In this document: piece by piece, positions 27,094 to 35,630 of the stretch
Position numbering within the stretch: the stretch's first letter is position 1
How the letters are laid out: the number at the start of each line of letters is the position of its first letter
NCBI GenBank assembly: GCA_905196265.1
Contig: CAJJVE010000001.1
Coordinates: forward strand, 1-35,962
Reading direction: 5' to 3'
DNA length: 35,962 nt
DNA from: an uncultured Collinsella sp.
Lineage (GTDB): Bacteria; Actinomycetota; Coriobacteriia; Coriobacteriales; Coriobacteriaceae
Made by a program: the position numbers and the translations under genes
The notes under the pieces: model-generated
Seen by the model: the letters and a program-made list of their open reading frames with translations, nothing else
Databases searched by the model: none
Told to the model about the DNA's origin: nothing

Positions 27094-27166
27094 TCGTCTA
27101 TGGGCCTGTGGGGTCAGGACCTCCTGGCCCCTTCATCACGGTTGGGGAGCACCATGATGCGCCAGG

Positions 27167-28669
27167 CTAGTCCTGGGCTTTGATACTCGGCAGGAGAATC
27201 TGGGCGAGGTAGTCGGTCTCGAGTTTGGTCGCGGCGTCAGCCTTGCCGTCTTTGCCGACCAGCACGTTCTTGATCTGGCTATAGGTGTAGCGGTTGCCGG
27301 TCGTAAGCTCGACAAGCTCAATGGCCGTGTCCATGGGGTAGGTCGACACGGGGTCTTGCGTGCGCCCGTTGATGGTCTGGGGCACCACGTACGGATAGAC
27401 GGGGCCGCTGGCGCAGACGGTGTAGCCGTTGCCGAGGTTTGCCGCACCCAAAACCGCATCGCCCTCATCGGGCGTAAAGCTCTCGCCGTCGCGCACCGTG
27501 ACAAGCGTCACAAGCGGCGTGTTCGTGTCGCCGGCAAGATAGATGCACAGCGTGCTGCCGTTTTGCCAAGTCGCGACTTTACCGTACCACTCAACGGGAA
27601 TATCGAGCTGATACAGGTCCGTTGCCTTATGTCGAGCATCGGCGTCGCGGGCCGCCTGTGCCTCGCGGGAGCTCACGGCGTTGACGGCGGCATCACGGCG
27701 CGCGGTTGCCGCCTGCTGGAGCACCTTTGCGACCGCGGCGGAGTTCACCCCGCCTTCCTCGGCATACTTGGCGGCGGCATCGATCTGGTCGTCAGTCACC
27801 GTGTCGGCCGAAGGCACCTTGAGCTTAAAGGTGGCCTGGGCACTCAAATCCTGCCCATCGCTCTTAATGGTGACCTGCGCCTTGGTGGTCGGCACGGTGT
27901 AAATGGTACCGTCGGCTGCGATGGGGGACCCAGCGATGGAGAGCGTATAGTCGCCGGGCAGCAGCTTAATGCCACGACCATGCTCGTCAACGTAGAGTGT
28001 TTCGCTCACGGAAGAACCGTCGGAATCCTGCCCGCTCACCTGTACGGGAATCTTGGAGCCGGTTGAGCAGTCGAGGTCCGCGGCATGCACGCCAATCTGC
28101 ACCGACATCATCGTGTGCGCGCTGGCGGCGACAGCGGCAGCCTGCTCTTGCTGATATCCGTTCCAGGCGGCATAGCCTGCGCCGCCGGCGACGAGCGCGA
28201 CGGCCACAACGCCGGCAACCATCAGGTTGCGGCGCTTGGGCGACATCTTGCGATGACGAACCTCGGCTTCGCGTGCCGAAGGAACGGACGGTAGGGGAAT
28301 ATCGCCCATGGCGATGGTCTCGTCCACGGCAGGCGCGGAGCCCAGGCCGGGAAGCTCGCGGGTCAGTGAATCTTCGGCCGGCAAGCTGTCGAGCAAGATG
28401 GTTTCCTCGCTCGTGTCGGATTCGGGCTGGTCGTCGGCCTCGCATTCGGATTCCTCGTGCCCCGCCTCGTCCTCGGTGGGCGCGGCGCCATCGTCTTTTG
28501 CATCCTGATCATCGGGCTGCGCCTCGATTTCCGGCTCATCCCGCACATCAACGCTCGAATCGTCAAACGCAATCTCGGCCAGTGCGATCTGGTCTAGGCT
28601 CTCCAGGGCCTCGGCACACGCTTCTGCATCTTGGGCCGCATCCTCTTGGCCCATCGTCTCATCTTTCAT
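27167..28669 (-). CDS. Membrane-anchored surface protein with acidic disordered N-terminus
   Basis: Asp/Glu-rich N-terminus, KRR then one TM helix (LMVAGVVAVALVAGGAGYAAW), Ig-like LLPGDYTL segment; ATG at 28669 after GGGGG. Confidence 0.7.
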   Translation of the reverse strand: MKDETMGQEDAAQDAEACAEALESLDQIALAEIAFDDSSVDVRDEPEIEAQPDDQDAKDDGAAPTEDEAGHEESECEADDQPESDTSEETILLDSLPAEDSLTRELPGLGSAPAVDETIAMGDIPLPSVPSAREAEVRHRKMSPKRRNLMVAGVVAVALVAGGAGYAAWNGYQQEQAAAVAASAHTMMSVQIGVHAADLDCSTGSKIPVQVSGQDSDGSSVSETLYVDEHGRGIKLLPGDYTLSIAGSPIAADGTIYTVPTTKAQVTIKSDGQDLSAQATFKLKVPSADTVTDDQIDAAAKYAEEGGVNSAAVAKVLQQAATARRDAAVNAVSSREAQAARDADARHKATDLYQLDIPVEWYGKVATWQNGSTLCIYLAGDTNTPLVTLVTVRDGESFTPDEGDAVLGAANLGNGYTVCASGPVYPYVVPQTINGRTQDPVSTYPMDTAIELVELTTGNRYTYSQIKNVLVGKDGKADAATKLETDYLAQILLPSIKAQD

Positions 28670-28790
28670 ATATCCCCCAAGCTCAATATCGGGACAACAC
28701 TGTACCCAAAAACAGGACCCCATAGAGCTGCCGCATGATTTGAAATCCAATTTTATTTGTGCGTGTGTTTTTGAATGAAGGCGCAACGAC

Positions 28791-28830
28791 AAAAGCCCCC
28801 GGAAAGCGAGCGAAACGCTTTCCGGGGGCT
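28791..28830 (-). terminator. Terminator of the DUF5692-like gene
   Basis: AAAAGCCCCCGGAAAGCG...CGCTTTCCGGGGGCT; U-tract on the minus strand. Confidence 0.8.
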
Positions 28831-28898
28831 CTACGAGACATTGGATTGAAAAGCCTGGCAGGTGGGCCTATGCCCAAGTACCAACAGCGATCAACATG

Positions 28899-29906
28899 TT
28901 ACTCGGCGTGCGCGTAATCAACCTTGGCGCGGCGAGCGGTGGCCTTCTCCCAGTCGCTGGTGCCCTCAAAGACATCCTGCTTGTAGGGATTGCGGCCGAG
29001 CTTCTTGGCGCGGTAGGCGATGTAGATGATCGCGGCGACGTTGGCGATCAGTGCGGCGATCGAGACCGCGGTAGCGGCGCCGGGGTCGAGCGTGGAGTGG
29101 GTCACAAAGATGGACTCCTCCTGGAAGTACGGGAACACCTGGGCAAACATGCACCAAATGGCCAGCGTAAAGGCGCGGTTCTGGATCCAGCCGCCCTTGT
29201 TCCAGATAAAGGCGGCGACGGTGGGCGCCAGCAGCAGCGCAAAGCCGCAGAACCAGGAGTGGGTGGGCAGGCAGTTGTAGGTGTAGCAGAAGTTCCAGAT
29301 ATCGTAGGCGATGATGTAGACCCAGGTCATGTCGGGCCACAGCATATCGGTCTTGTCCTCGGAGGCGTAGACGCTCCACCAACCGGTCATGCAGAAGATG
29401 TTGATGAGACCGGCGATGCCGTTGAACACGTTGTTCCAGCCGGCCAGCTGCGTAGCACCTTCGGAGGTGACCCAGGTGGACTCGCCCAGGACAAAGAAGT
29501 GATAGGCGCTCTCGAAGTCGGACACGACGGCGATCAAGATGTTGATGGCGACGATCACAAACGGCCACGCGCGGAACCAATGCGCCTTGCCGATCTTTCC
29601 CCACTGGTACTTAATGGCGATGAAGCCCCAGCAACCGGCCAGCGCCGCGTATACCTTGGCGTAGTGGAACCAGCTGTTCTGATACACATGGGTGGGGTTG
29701 GTGAGCGCCCACTCGGCGCCCTGCGAAACGCCGATGGCGATGGCGACGCAGTAGATGGTCATGGCCAGCGGAGCCACGCCAAAGATGATTGCCGCGCCCA
29801 GCTTGGTGCGGCGGCCGACCTCGTTGAGCACGATCAGGCCAATAAAGACCATGGCCCAGCCCGCCCAGTGGATAAGGGTATCGCTACCCCAAACATCGAA
29901 CAGCAT
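28899..29906 (-). CDS. DUF5692-like polytopic membrane protein
   Basis: LNEVGRR, WFHYAKVYAALAGC, INILIAV..DFE, WNNVFNGIAG, DMLWPDMTW..IIAYDIWNFCYTYNC, WIQNRAFTL; GGAGAG RBS. Confidence 0.8.
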   Translation of the reverse strand: MLFDVWGSDTLIHWAGWAMVFIGLIVLNEVGRRTKLGAAIIFGVAPLAMTIYCVAIAIGVSQGAEWALTNPTHVYQNSWFHYAKVYAALAGCWGFIAIKYQWGKIGKAHWFRAWPFVIVAINILIAVVSDFESAYHFFVLGESTWVTSEGATQLAGWNNVFNGIAGLINIFCMTGWWSVYASEDKTDMLWPDMTWVYIIAYDIWNFCYTYNCLPTHSWFCGFALLLAPTVAAFIWNKGGWIQNRAFTLAIWCMFAQVFPYFQEESIFVTHSTLDPGAATAVSIAALIANVAAIIYIAYRAKKLGRNPYKQDVFEGTSDWEKATARRAKVDYAHAE

Positions 29907-29969
29907 GCTGCTCTCCTTTCACACGCCCGCGGCCCCTCTTCTGATCGCGGGCAGTTTGGCCAAATGTCG

Positions 29970-30632
29970 TCAGCTCTGGGGCTTGCGCTCCGGATACTTG
30001 GCGGTATAGCCCTCGATGTGGAGTGTCGAGGCGATGATTTCCTTGACCGTCTCGTCGGGCACATCGGGGTGCGTGCGGATATACATCAAAAGACCCATGA
30101 TGAGGGTGTAGAACGTTTCGTAGACATGATCGATGCGCAGCTCGTGATGGGCGACAAAGTCCACCACGGTGGTGTCGCAGATGTACTGCGCCACGCGCTG
30201 GACCACGTTGTGCAGAAAGCCGCCGTAGAGCGCGCCGCTGCTTGAGATGAGTGTACTCGGCAGCTCGTGACCGCTGGCGACCAGACGCTTAAAGAGCGGG
30301 GCGACGGTGTCGAGCGCGCCCTCGATATCGCCGACGGTGCGGTTGGCATTCCACTGCTCGAGCTCGGAGATGAAACCGTCGATCGCCTCGTCCATAACAG
30401 CGGTGACAGCGGCGTCCATGTCGGCGAAGTAGTGGTAGAACAGCGAGCGCGTGCAGCCGGCTCGTTTGGTCACGGCCGATACCGATAGATGCGACACGCC
30501 CAGCTCAGAGCTTACGGTGCGCACGGCGGCGAGGATCTCGCGACGGCGTTCGTCGCCCGTCAAGCGCTTTGCCGCGCTATCGGATGCGGGGACGGCATCG
30601 ACTACAGAGGTATCTGCTGTGTTGTTGCCCAT
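29970..30632 (-). CDS. TetR/AcrR-family regulator
   Basis: RREILAAVRTVSSELGVSHLSVSAVTKRAGCTRSLFYHYF HTH. Confidence 0.85.
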   Translation of the reverse strand: MGNNTADTSVVDAVPASDSAAKRLTGDERRREILAAVRTVSSELGVSHLSVSAVTKRAGCTRSLFYHYFADMDAAVTAVMDEAIDGFISELEQWNANRTVGDIEGALDTVAPLFKRLVASGHELPSTLISSSGALYGGFLHNVVQRVAQYICDTTVVDFVAHHELRIDHVYETFYTLIMGLLMYIRTHPDVPDETVKEIIASTLHIEGYTAKYPERKPQS

Positions 30633-30690
30633 GTTTTGCCGCCTTTCATCCTCTTTTGCCTGACCGTTCGCCTAACAGTCTTGAATATTG

Positions 30691-30728
30691 TTGACGGTTC
30701 GTCAATACTATTTTTGACACAATGTCAA
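30691..30728. promoter_or_regulatory. Tandem TTGAC-N5-GTCAA operators in the divergent promoter
   Basis: TTGACGGTTCGTCAA (30691-30705) and TTGACACAATGTCAA (30714-30728); degenerate TGACCGTTCGCCTA at 30661. Confidence 0.75.
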
Positions 30729-30821
30729 CAATGGCGGGTGAACGGCATGGGGGCATGCCCGGCCTGCAAAAAAAGAGGGGCGCTGCGGCCTCGTCGTGCT
30801 GCGGCAAGAGAAGGGACAACC

Positions 30822-33599
30822 ATGATTCTCAACGGACCGGGAATTAGCTACACCGAGCCCGACATCGGTTCGGAGTTCGTGCCGCCGCTGCCGGAGCATC
30901 CGCGCGAGGCAATCGTCAAGCTGTGCGAGCACTGCACCAACCGCCTGCTGCATCGCGACGAGCTGCTGGGCTACGAGTACTGGTCGTTTGCCGAGGCCGC
31001 AACCGACGAGCAGGCCGAAGTGCTCTGCAAGATGAAGATGCGCCGTCCCTATACGCTGCCCGAGATGGTCAAGCTCACCGGCATGCCCGAGGCAGATATC
31101 GAGAAGATGCTCGACGACATGAGCTACACGGGTCTGCTCGAGTACAACTGGGAAAACCCCGAGCGCGCCAAGCAGTGGGTGCTGCCCATGCTGGTGCCGG
31201 GTTCTGCCGAGTTCCTCAACATGCGCGTGAGCCAGCTCGAGGAGCATCCGGTCTATGCCAAGTTCTTTGAACAGGCATCCAAAGGCCCGCTGTCCAAGGC
31301 TACGCCGATGGTGCCGCCCGGAGGTGCCGGTATCGGCATGCACGTCATTCCGGTCGAAAAGGCCATCGATGCCGCGAGCACCTCGGTGCCTATTGAGCAT
31401 ATCGAGCACTGGCTCGACAAATACGAGGGTAAGTATGCTGCCAGCACCTGCAGCTGCCGCGCGAGCCGTCGCGTGATGGGCGAGGGCTGCGCCGACGACC
31501 CGGCCGATTGGTGCATCGCCGTGGGCGATATGGCTGACTACGTGGTCGAGACCGATCGTGGTCATTACGTGACCCGCGACGAGGTCTACGACATTTTGCG
31601 CCAGGCCGAGGACAACGGCTTTGTGCACCAGATCACCAACATTGACGGCGAGAACAAGATCTTCGCCATCTGCAACTGCAACGTCAACGTGTGCTACGCC
31701 CTGCGCACCTCGCAGCTGTTCAACACGCCCAACCTGTCGCGCTCGGCCTATGTCGCCAAGGTCGAGAAGGACAAGTGCGTGGCCTGCGGTCGCTGCGTTG
31801 AGGTGTGTCCGGCCGGCGCTGCCAAGCTGGGCCAGAAGCTCTGCAGCAAAAAGGCCGGCGGACAGGTGCCCGAGTATCCGCGCCAGGAGCTGCCCGATGC
31901 CACCAAGTGGGACCACACCAAGTGGTCGCCCAACTACCGCAACGACAACCGCATCGAGACGCATGAGTCCGGCACCGCTCCCTGCAAGACGGCCTGTCCC
32001 GCGCACGTTGCCGTTCAGGGCTACTTAAAGCTCGCGGCGCAGGGTCGCTATGATGAGGCGCTGGCACTCATTAAGCGCGAGAACCCGCTGCCCGCTATCT
32101 GCGGCCGTGTGTGCAACCGCCGCTGCGAGGACGCCTGCACCCGCGGTCGCGTGGACGAGGCCGTGGCTATCGACGAGGTCAAGAAGTTCATCGCCCAGCG
32201 CGATCTGGATGCCGCGACCCGCTATGTTCCACCTGTGGTGACGCCGACGCGCGCCGGCGGCTTCGATCAGAAGATCGCCATCATCGGCGCCGGTCCGGCC
32301 GGTCTGTCCTGCGCTTTCTATCTGGCCGAGAAGGGCTACAAGCCCGTCGTATTCGAGAAGAATGAGCGCCCGGGCGGCATGCTCACCTACGGTATTCCCA
32401 GCTTTAAGCTGCAGAAGGACGTCATCGAGGCCGAGGTCGAGGTTATTCGCCTGATGGGTGCCGAGTTCCGCTATGGCGTGGAGGTCGGCCGCGACGTGAC
32501 GCTCGACGAGCTGCGCGCGCAGGGATTTAAGGCCTTCTACGTGGCTATTGGCTGCCAGGGCGGCCGCCTTGCCGGTATTCCGGGCGAGGACGCCGAGGAT
32601 GTGACCGTGGCCGTCGACTTCTTGCGCGAGGTCAACAGCGGCAAGATCGACGCACTGCCCGGCCGCACCATCGTGGTGGGCGGCGGCAACGTTGCTATCG
32701 ACGTCGCACGCAACGCCTGCCGCCTGGGTTCCGAGCACGTTGAGATGTTCTGCCTGGAGAGCGAGGCCCAGATGCCCGCCAGCGAGGAGGAGCGCCGTGA
32801 GGCCGTTGAGGACGGCGCGCACATCAGCTGCGGCTGGGGTCCCAAGGAGGTTCACCTGGACGAGGCCGGTCGCGTATGTGGCATTACCTTTAAGCGCTGC
32901 ACGCGCGTCTTTGACGACGAGGGCCGGTTTGCGCCCGAGTACGACGAGAACGATCTGCGCCGCGTCGATGCCGATCGCGTGGTCATGTCCATCGGCCAGT
33001 CCATTGTGTGGGGCGACCTGCTGGCTGGCTCCAAGGTGGAGCTTGGCCGCGGCCAGGGTGCCCTTGCCGATCCCCAGACCTATCAGACCGCCGAGCCCGA
33101 CATTTTTGTGGGCGGCGACGTCTACACCGGTCCGAGCTTTGCTATCGACGCCATCGCTGCCGGTCACGAGGCCGCTGTCTCCATCCACCGCTTTGTGCAG
33201 CCGGGCTCCACGCTCACCATCGGCCGCAACCAGCGCCGCTACACCGCGCTCGACCGCGACGATGTCGTGATCGAGAGCTATGACAACGCGAGCCGCGAGG
33301 TGGCGCATGTCGACCGCGAGCGCGAGAAGGCTGCGCCCTTTAGCGAGTACGTCGAGACCTTTACCGAAGAACAGGTGCGCGCCGAGACCGCCCGTTGCCT
33401 GGGTTGCGGTGCCTCGATCGTCGACCCCAACAAGTGCATCGGCTGCGGCCTGTGCACCACCAAGTGCGCGTTCGACGCCATCCATCTGGATCGCGACCGC
33501 CCCGAGTGCTCCACGATGGTCAAATACGAGCAAAAGCTCCCCAGCCTCGGCAAGTATGCTTTGAAGCGTGCAATCAAAATCAAATTCGGGAAGAAGTAA
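30822..33599 (+). CDS. Multi-Fe-S, FAD/NAD(P)H-dependent oxidoreductase (GltD/NfnB-like core with extra Cys-rich N-terminal region), 925 aa
   Basis: CVACGRCVEVCP; APCKTACP...ICGRVCNRRCEDAC; IIGAGPAG; VVGGGNVAIDVA; RCLGC; CIGCGLCTTKC; ATG at 30822 after GAAGGGA. Confidence 0.9.
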   Translation: MILNGPGISYTEPDIGSEFVPPLPEHPREAIVKLCEHCTNRLLHRDELLGYEYWSFAEAATDEQAEVLCKMKMRRPYTLPEMVKLTGMPEADIEKMLDDMSYTGLLEYNWENPERAKQWVLPMLVPGSAEFLNMRVSQLEEHPVYAKFFEQASKGPLSKATPMVPPGGAGIGMHVIPVEKAIDAASTSVPIEHIEHWLDKYEGKYAASTCSCRASRRVMGEGCADDPADWCIAVGDMADYVVETDRGHYVTRDEVYDILRQAEDNGFVHQITNIDGENKIFAICNCNVNVCYALRTSQLFNTPNLSRSAYVAKVEKDKCVACGRCVEVCPAGAAKLGQKLCSKKAGGQVPEYPRQELPDATKWDHTKWSPNYRNDNRIETHESGTAPCKTACPAHVAVQGYLKLAAQGRYDEALALIKRENPLPAICGRVCNRRCEDACTRGRVDEAVAIDEVKKFIAQRDLDAATRYVPPVVTPTRAGGFDQKIAIIGAGPAGLSCAFYLAEKGYKPVVFEKNERPGGMLTYGIPSFKLQKDVIEAEVEVIRLMGAEFRYGVEVGRDVTLDELRAQGFKAFYVAIGCQGGRLAGIPGEDAEDVTVAVDFLREVNSGKIDALPGRTIVVGGGNVAIDVARNACRLGSEHVEMFCLESEAQMPASEEERREAVEDGAHISCGWGPKEVHLDEAGRVCGITFKRCTRVFDDEGRFAPEYDENDLRRVDADRVVMSIGQSIVWGDLLAGSKVELGRGQGALADPQTYQTAEPDIFVGGDVYTGPSFAIDAIAAGHEAAVSIHRFVQPGSTLTIGRNQRRYTALDRDDVVIESYDNASREVAHVDREREKAAPFSEYVETFTEEQVRAETARCLGCGASIVDPNKCIGCGLCTTKCAFDAIHLDRDRPECSTMVKYEQKLPSLGKYALKRAIKIKFGKK

Positions 33600-33617
33600 A
33601 AGAACCTAACAAGAAAG

Positions 33618-33770
33618 CGAACGGCGCAGGGGGCGGTTGGACAGCGAGCGAGTCCCAGGCGTGGCGAGGTGCCTTGAAAGAGGAGGGCATAGGGCTTTTG
33701 CCCATGCCCGACGATTGAAAGGCAGATCGCCCGTCTGGGGCTCGCGCAGCGTCAAATCGACCGCCGTTCG
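33618..33770. other. About 150-nt nested stem-loop element (structured RNA or MITE-like)
   Basis: Nested pairings CGAACGGCG/CGCCGTTCG, GCGAGTCCCAGGCG/CGTCTGGGGCTCGC, GGCGA/TCGCC, TGCCTT/AAGGCA, GGGCAT/ATGCCC. Confidence 0.6.
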
Positions 33771-33790
33771 TTAGAACGGCGGAAGAAAAA

Positions 33791-34219
33791 GTGCACGAAT
33801 TAGGAATCGTTTATCACATCATTCGCGATGTTGAGAATGTGGCGCGCGCCAATGGCGTGCGTCGCGTTTCGAGCGTGACGTTGCTGCTGGGCGAGGTCTC
33901 GGGCGTCGTTCCCGACTTGCTGCTCGACGCTTGGCGCTGGGCGGCAGATAAAAAGTCCATCACCGAGGGTGCGGAGCTTATTGTGGAGCCCGTCGAGGCC
34001 GTGACACATTGCGAGGCGTGCGGCCGCGACTATGCGACAGTCGAGCACGGCAAGACCTGTCCCCATTGCGGTAGCGGCGATACCTATCTGCTCCAGGGTC
34101 AAGAGGTCATGATCAAGCAGATCGAGACCCCCGACGAGGATCCGGCAGACGCTGCTCCCGACGGCCTCTCCGACGCTCCCGACGCCGTCGACGCCGCCAA
34201 CCCCCTCCACATCGCCTAA
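33791..34219 (+). CDS. hypA: Nickel metallochaperone HypA/HybF
   Basis: N-terminal MHE Ni motif (GTG start), LGEVSGV, CEACG and CPHCG zinc site; acidic C-terminal tail. Confidence 0.92.
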   Translation: MHELGIVYHIIRDVENVARANGVRRVSSVTLLLGEVSGVVPDLLLDAWRWAADKKSITEGAELIVEPVEAVTHCEACGRDYATVEHGKTCPHCGSGDTYLLQGQEVMIKQIETPDEDPADAAPDGLSDAPDAVDAANPLHIA

Positions 34220-34223
34220 CTTG

Positions 34224-34304
34224 GTCGTTGGGGACGTTCTTAAACGACTAGCCAATCAAGAACGTCCCCAACGACTAGTCGTTTAAGAACGTCCCCAATG
34301 ACTA
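34224..34304. repeat. Triplet of the 27-bp family A unit (orientations +,-,-)
   Basis: GTCGTTGGGGACGTTCTTAAACGACTA / GCCAATCAAGAACGTCCCCAACGACTA / GTCGTTTAAGAACGTCCCCAATGACTA. Confidence 0.9.
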
Positions 34305-34346
34305 CTTGCGCTAGAGCATAAGTCACGCTAATAGTCAAGTTATGTC

Positions 34347-34552
34347 TGTTTAAACAAAATAGCGGCAGTACAAGCGCATTGGCGCTTGCCTAAAATCGAT
34401 ATTAATGAACAGCCTGCTTGTATCTGTAAAATGCGCGGCTTGATGAGCGGCGCCTTGGCGGGTAATGAGTGAAAAACCAGCGACGTAATCAACTTGTAAC
34501 AAACCTAGACGTTTAAACAAATAATGCAACCTTTTGCGAATTTAGCTATAAT
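34347..34552 (+). promoter_or_regulatory. Putative promoter and operators of the mannose PTS operon
   Basis: ATGCAA-N17-TATAAT (34524-34552); palindromic GTTTAAAC followed by AAA at 34348 and 34511. Confidence 0.5.
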
Positions 34553-34622
34553 TCCACAAACCAAACAGGTATACTTCCTTAATGTCGTGTAGGAAATACG
34601 TAGACAAAAAGGAGGTTATGTG

Positions 34623-35612
34623 ATGGTAAGTATTGTTCTTGCTAGCCACGGGGACTTGGCAGCTGGAATCAAGCAGACGGGCTCGATGGTCTTTGGCGAT
34701 CAGCCGTCTGTAGCCGTGGTCTCGCTCGAGCCGAGCATGGGACCCGACGACTTCCGTGCCAAGGTCGAGGAAGCAGTCGCTTCCTTCGAGGACCAGGAGC
34801 AGGTGCTCTTCCTCGTTGATCTGTGGGGCGGCACGCCGTTCAACCAGATCAGCGGGCTCATCGAGGGCCACGATTCCTGGGCTATCGTCACCGGTGTCAA
34901 CCTGCCTATGCTCATCGAGGCATATTCGCAGCGCTTTGACGCAAAGAACACTGCACATGCGATCGCAAAACATCTCGTGACTGAGGCTAAGGCTGGCGTG
35001 CGCGTCAAGCCCGAGTCTCTGGAGCCCGAGGAGAAGAAGCCGGCTACGGCCGCCGCTGCTCCTGCAGGCGCCATTCCTCCGGGAACGGTCATCGGCGACG
35101 GGCACATCAAGATTGCCCACGTCCGTATCGACACCCGTCTGCTGCATGGTCAGGTGGCCACCACGTGGACCAAGCAGATCAACCCCAACCGCATCATCGT
35201 GGTTTCCGACGGCGTTGCTCACGACGAGCTCCGCAAGACCATGATCGAGCAGGCTGCCCCTCCGGGAGTCCATGCCAACGTCGTTCCCATCAAGAAGATG
35301 GCCGAGGTCGTCAAGGACACGCGCTTTGGTGACACCAAGGCCATGCTGCTCTTCGAGAACCCGCAGGATCTGCTCAAGGCCATCGAGGCCGGCGTCGACA
35401 TCAAGGAAGTCAACATCGGTTCCATGGCTCACTCCAAGGGCAAGGTCGTCGTCACCAACGCCGTCGCTATGGGCGATGACGACGTCAAGACTCTCGAGGC
35501 CCTCAAGGCCAAGGGCGTCAAGTTCGAGGTCCGCAAGGTTCCTTCGGATTCCTCCGAGGATCTCGACGCCATGTTGAAGAAAGCTAAGGCCGAACTGGCC
35601 GCTCAAGCATAG
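34623..35612 (+). CDS. manX: PTS mannose-family EIIAB
   Basis: IVLASHG, LVDLWGGTPFN, GVNLPML (IIA); Ala/Pro linker; RIDTRLLHGQV, VNIGSM (IIB); GGAGG RBS. Confidence 0.93.
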   Translation: MVSIVLASHGDLAAGIKQTGSMVFGDQPSVAVVSLEPSMGPDDFRAKVEEAVASFEDQEQVLFLVDLWGGTPFNQISGLIEGHDSWAIVTGVNLPMLIEAYSQRFDAKNTAHAIAKHLVTEAKAGVRVKPESLEPEEKKPATAAAAPAGAIPPGTVIGDGHIKIAHVRIDTRLLHGQVATTWTKQINPNRIIVVSDGVAHDELRKTMIEQAAPPGVHANVVPIKKMAEVVKDTRFGDTKAMLLFENPQDLLKAIEAGVDIKEVNIGSMAHSKGKVVVTNAVAMGDDDVKTLEALKAKGVKFEVRKVPSDSSEDLDAMLKKAKAELAAQA

Positions 35613-35630
35613 TAAAGGAGGGTCCGATAC

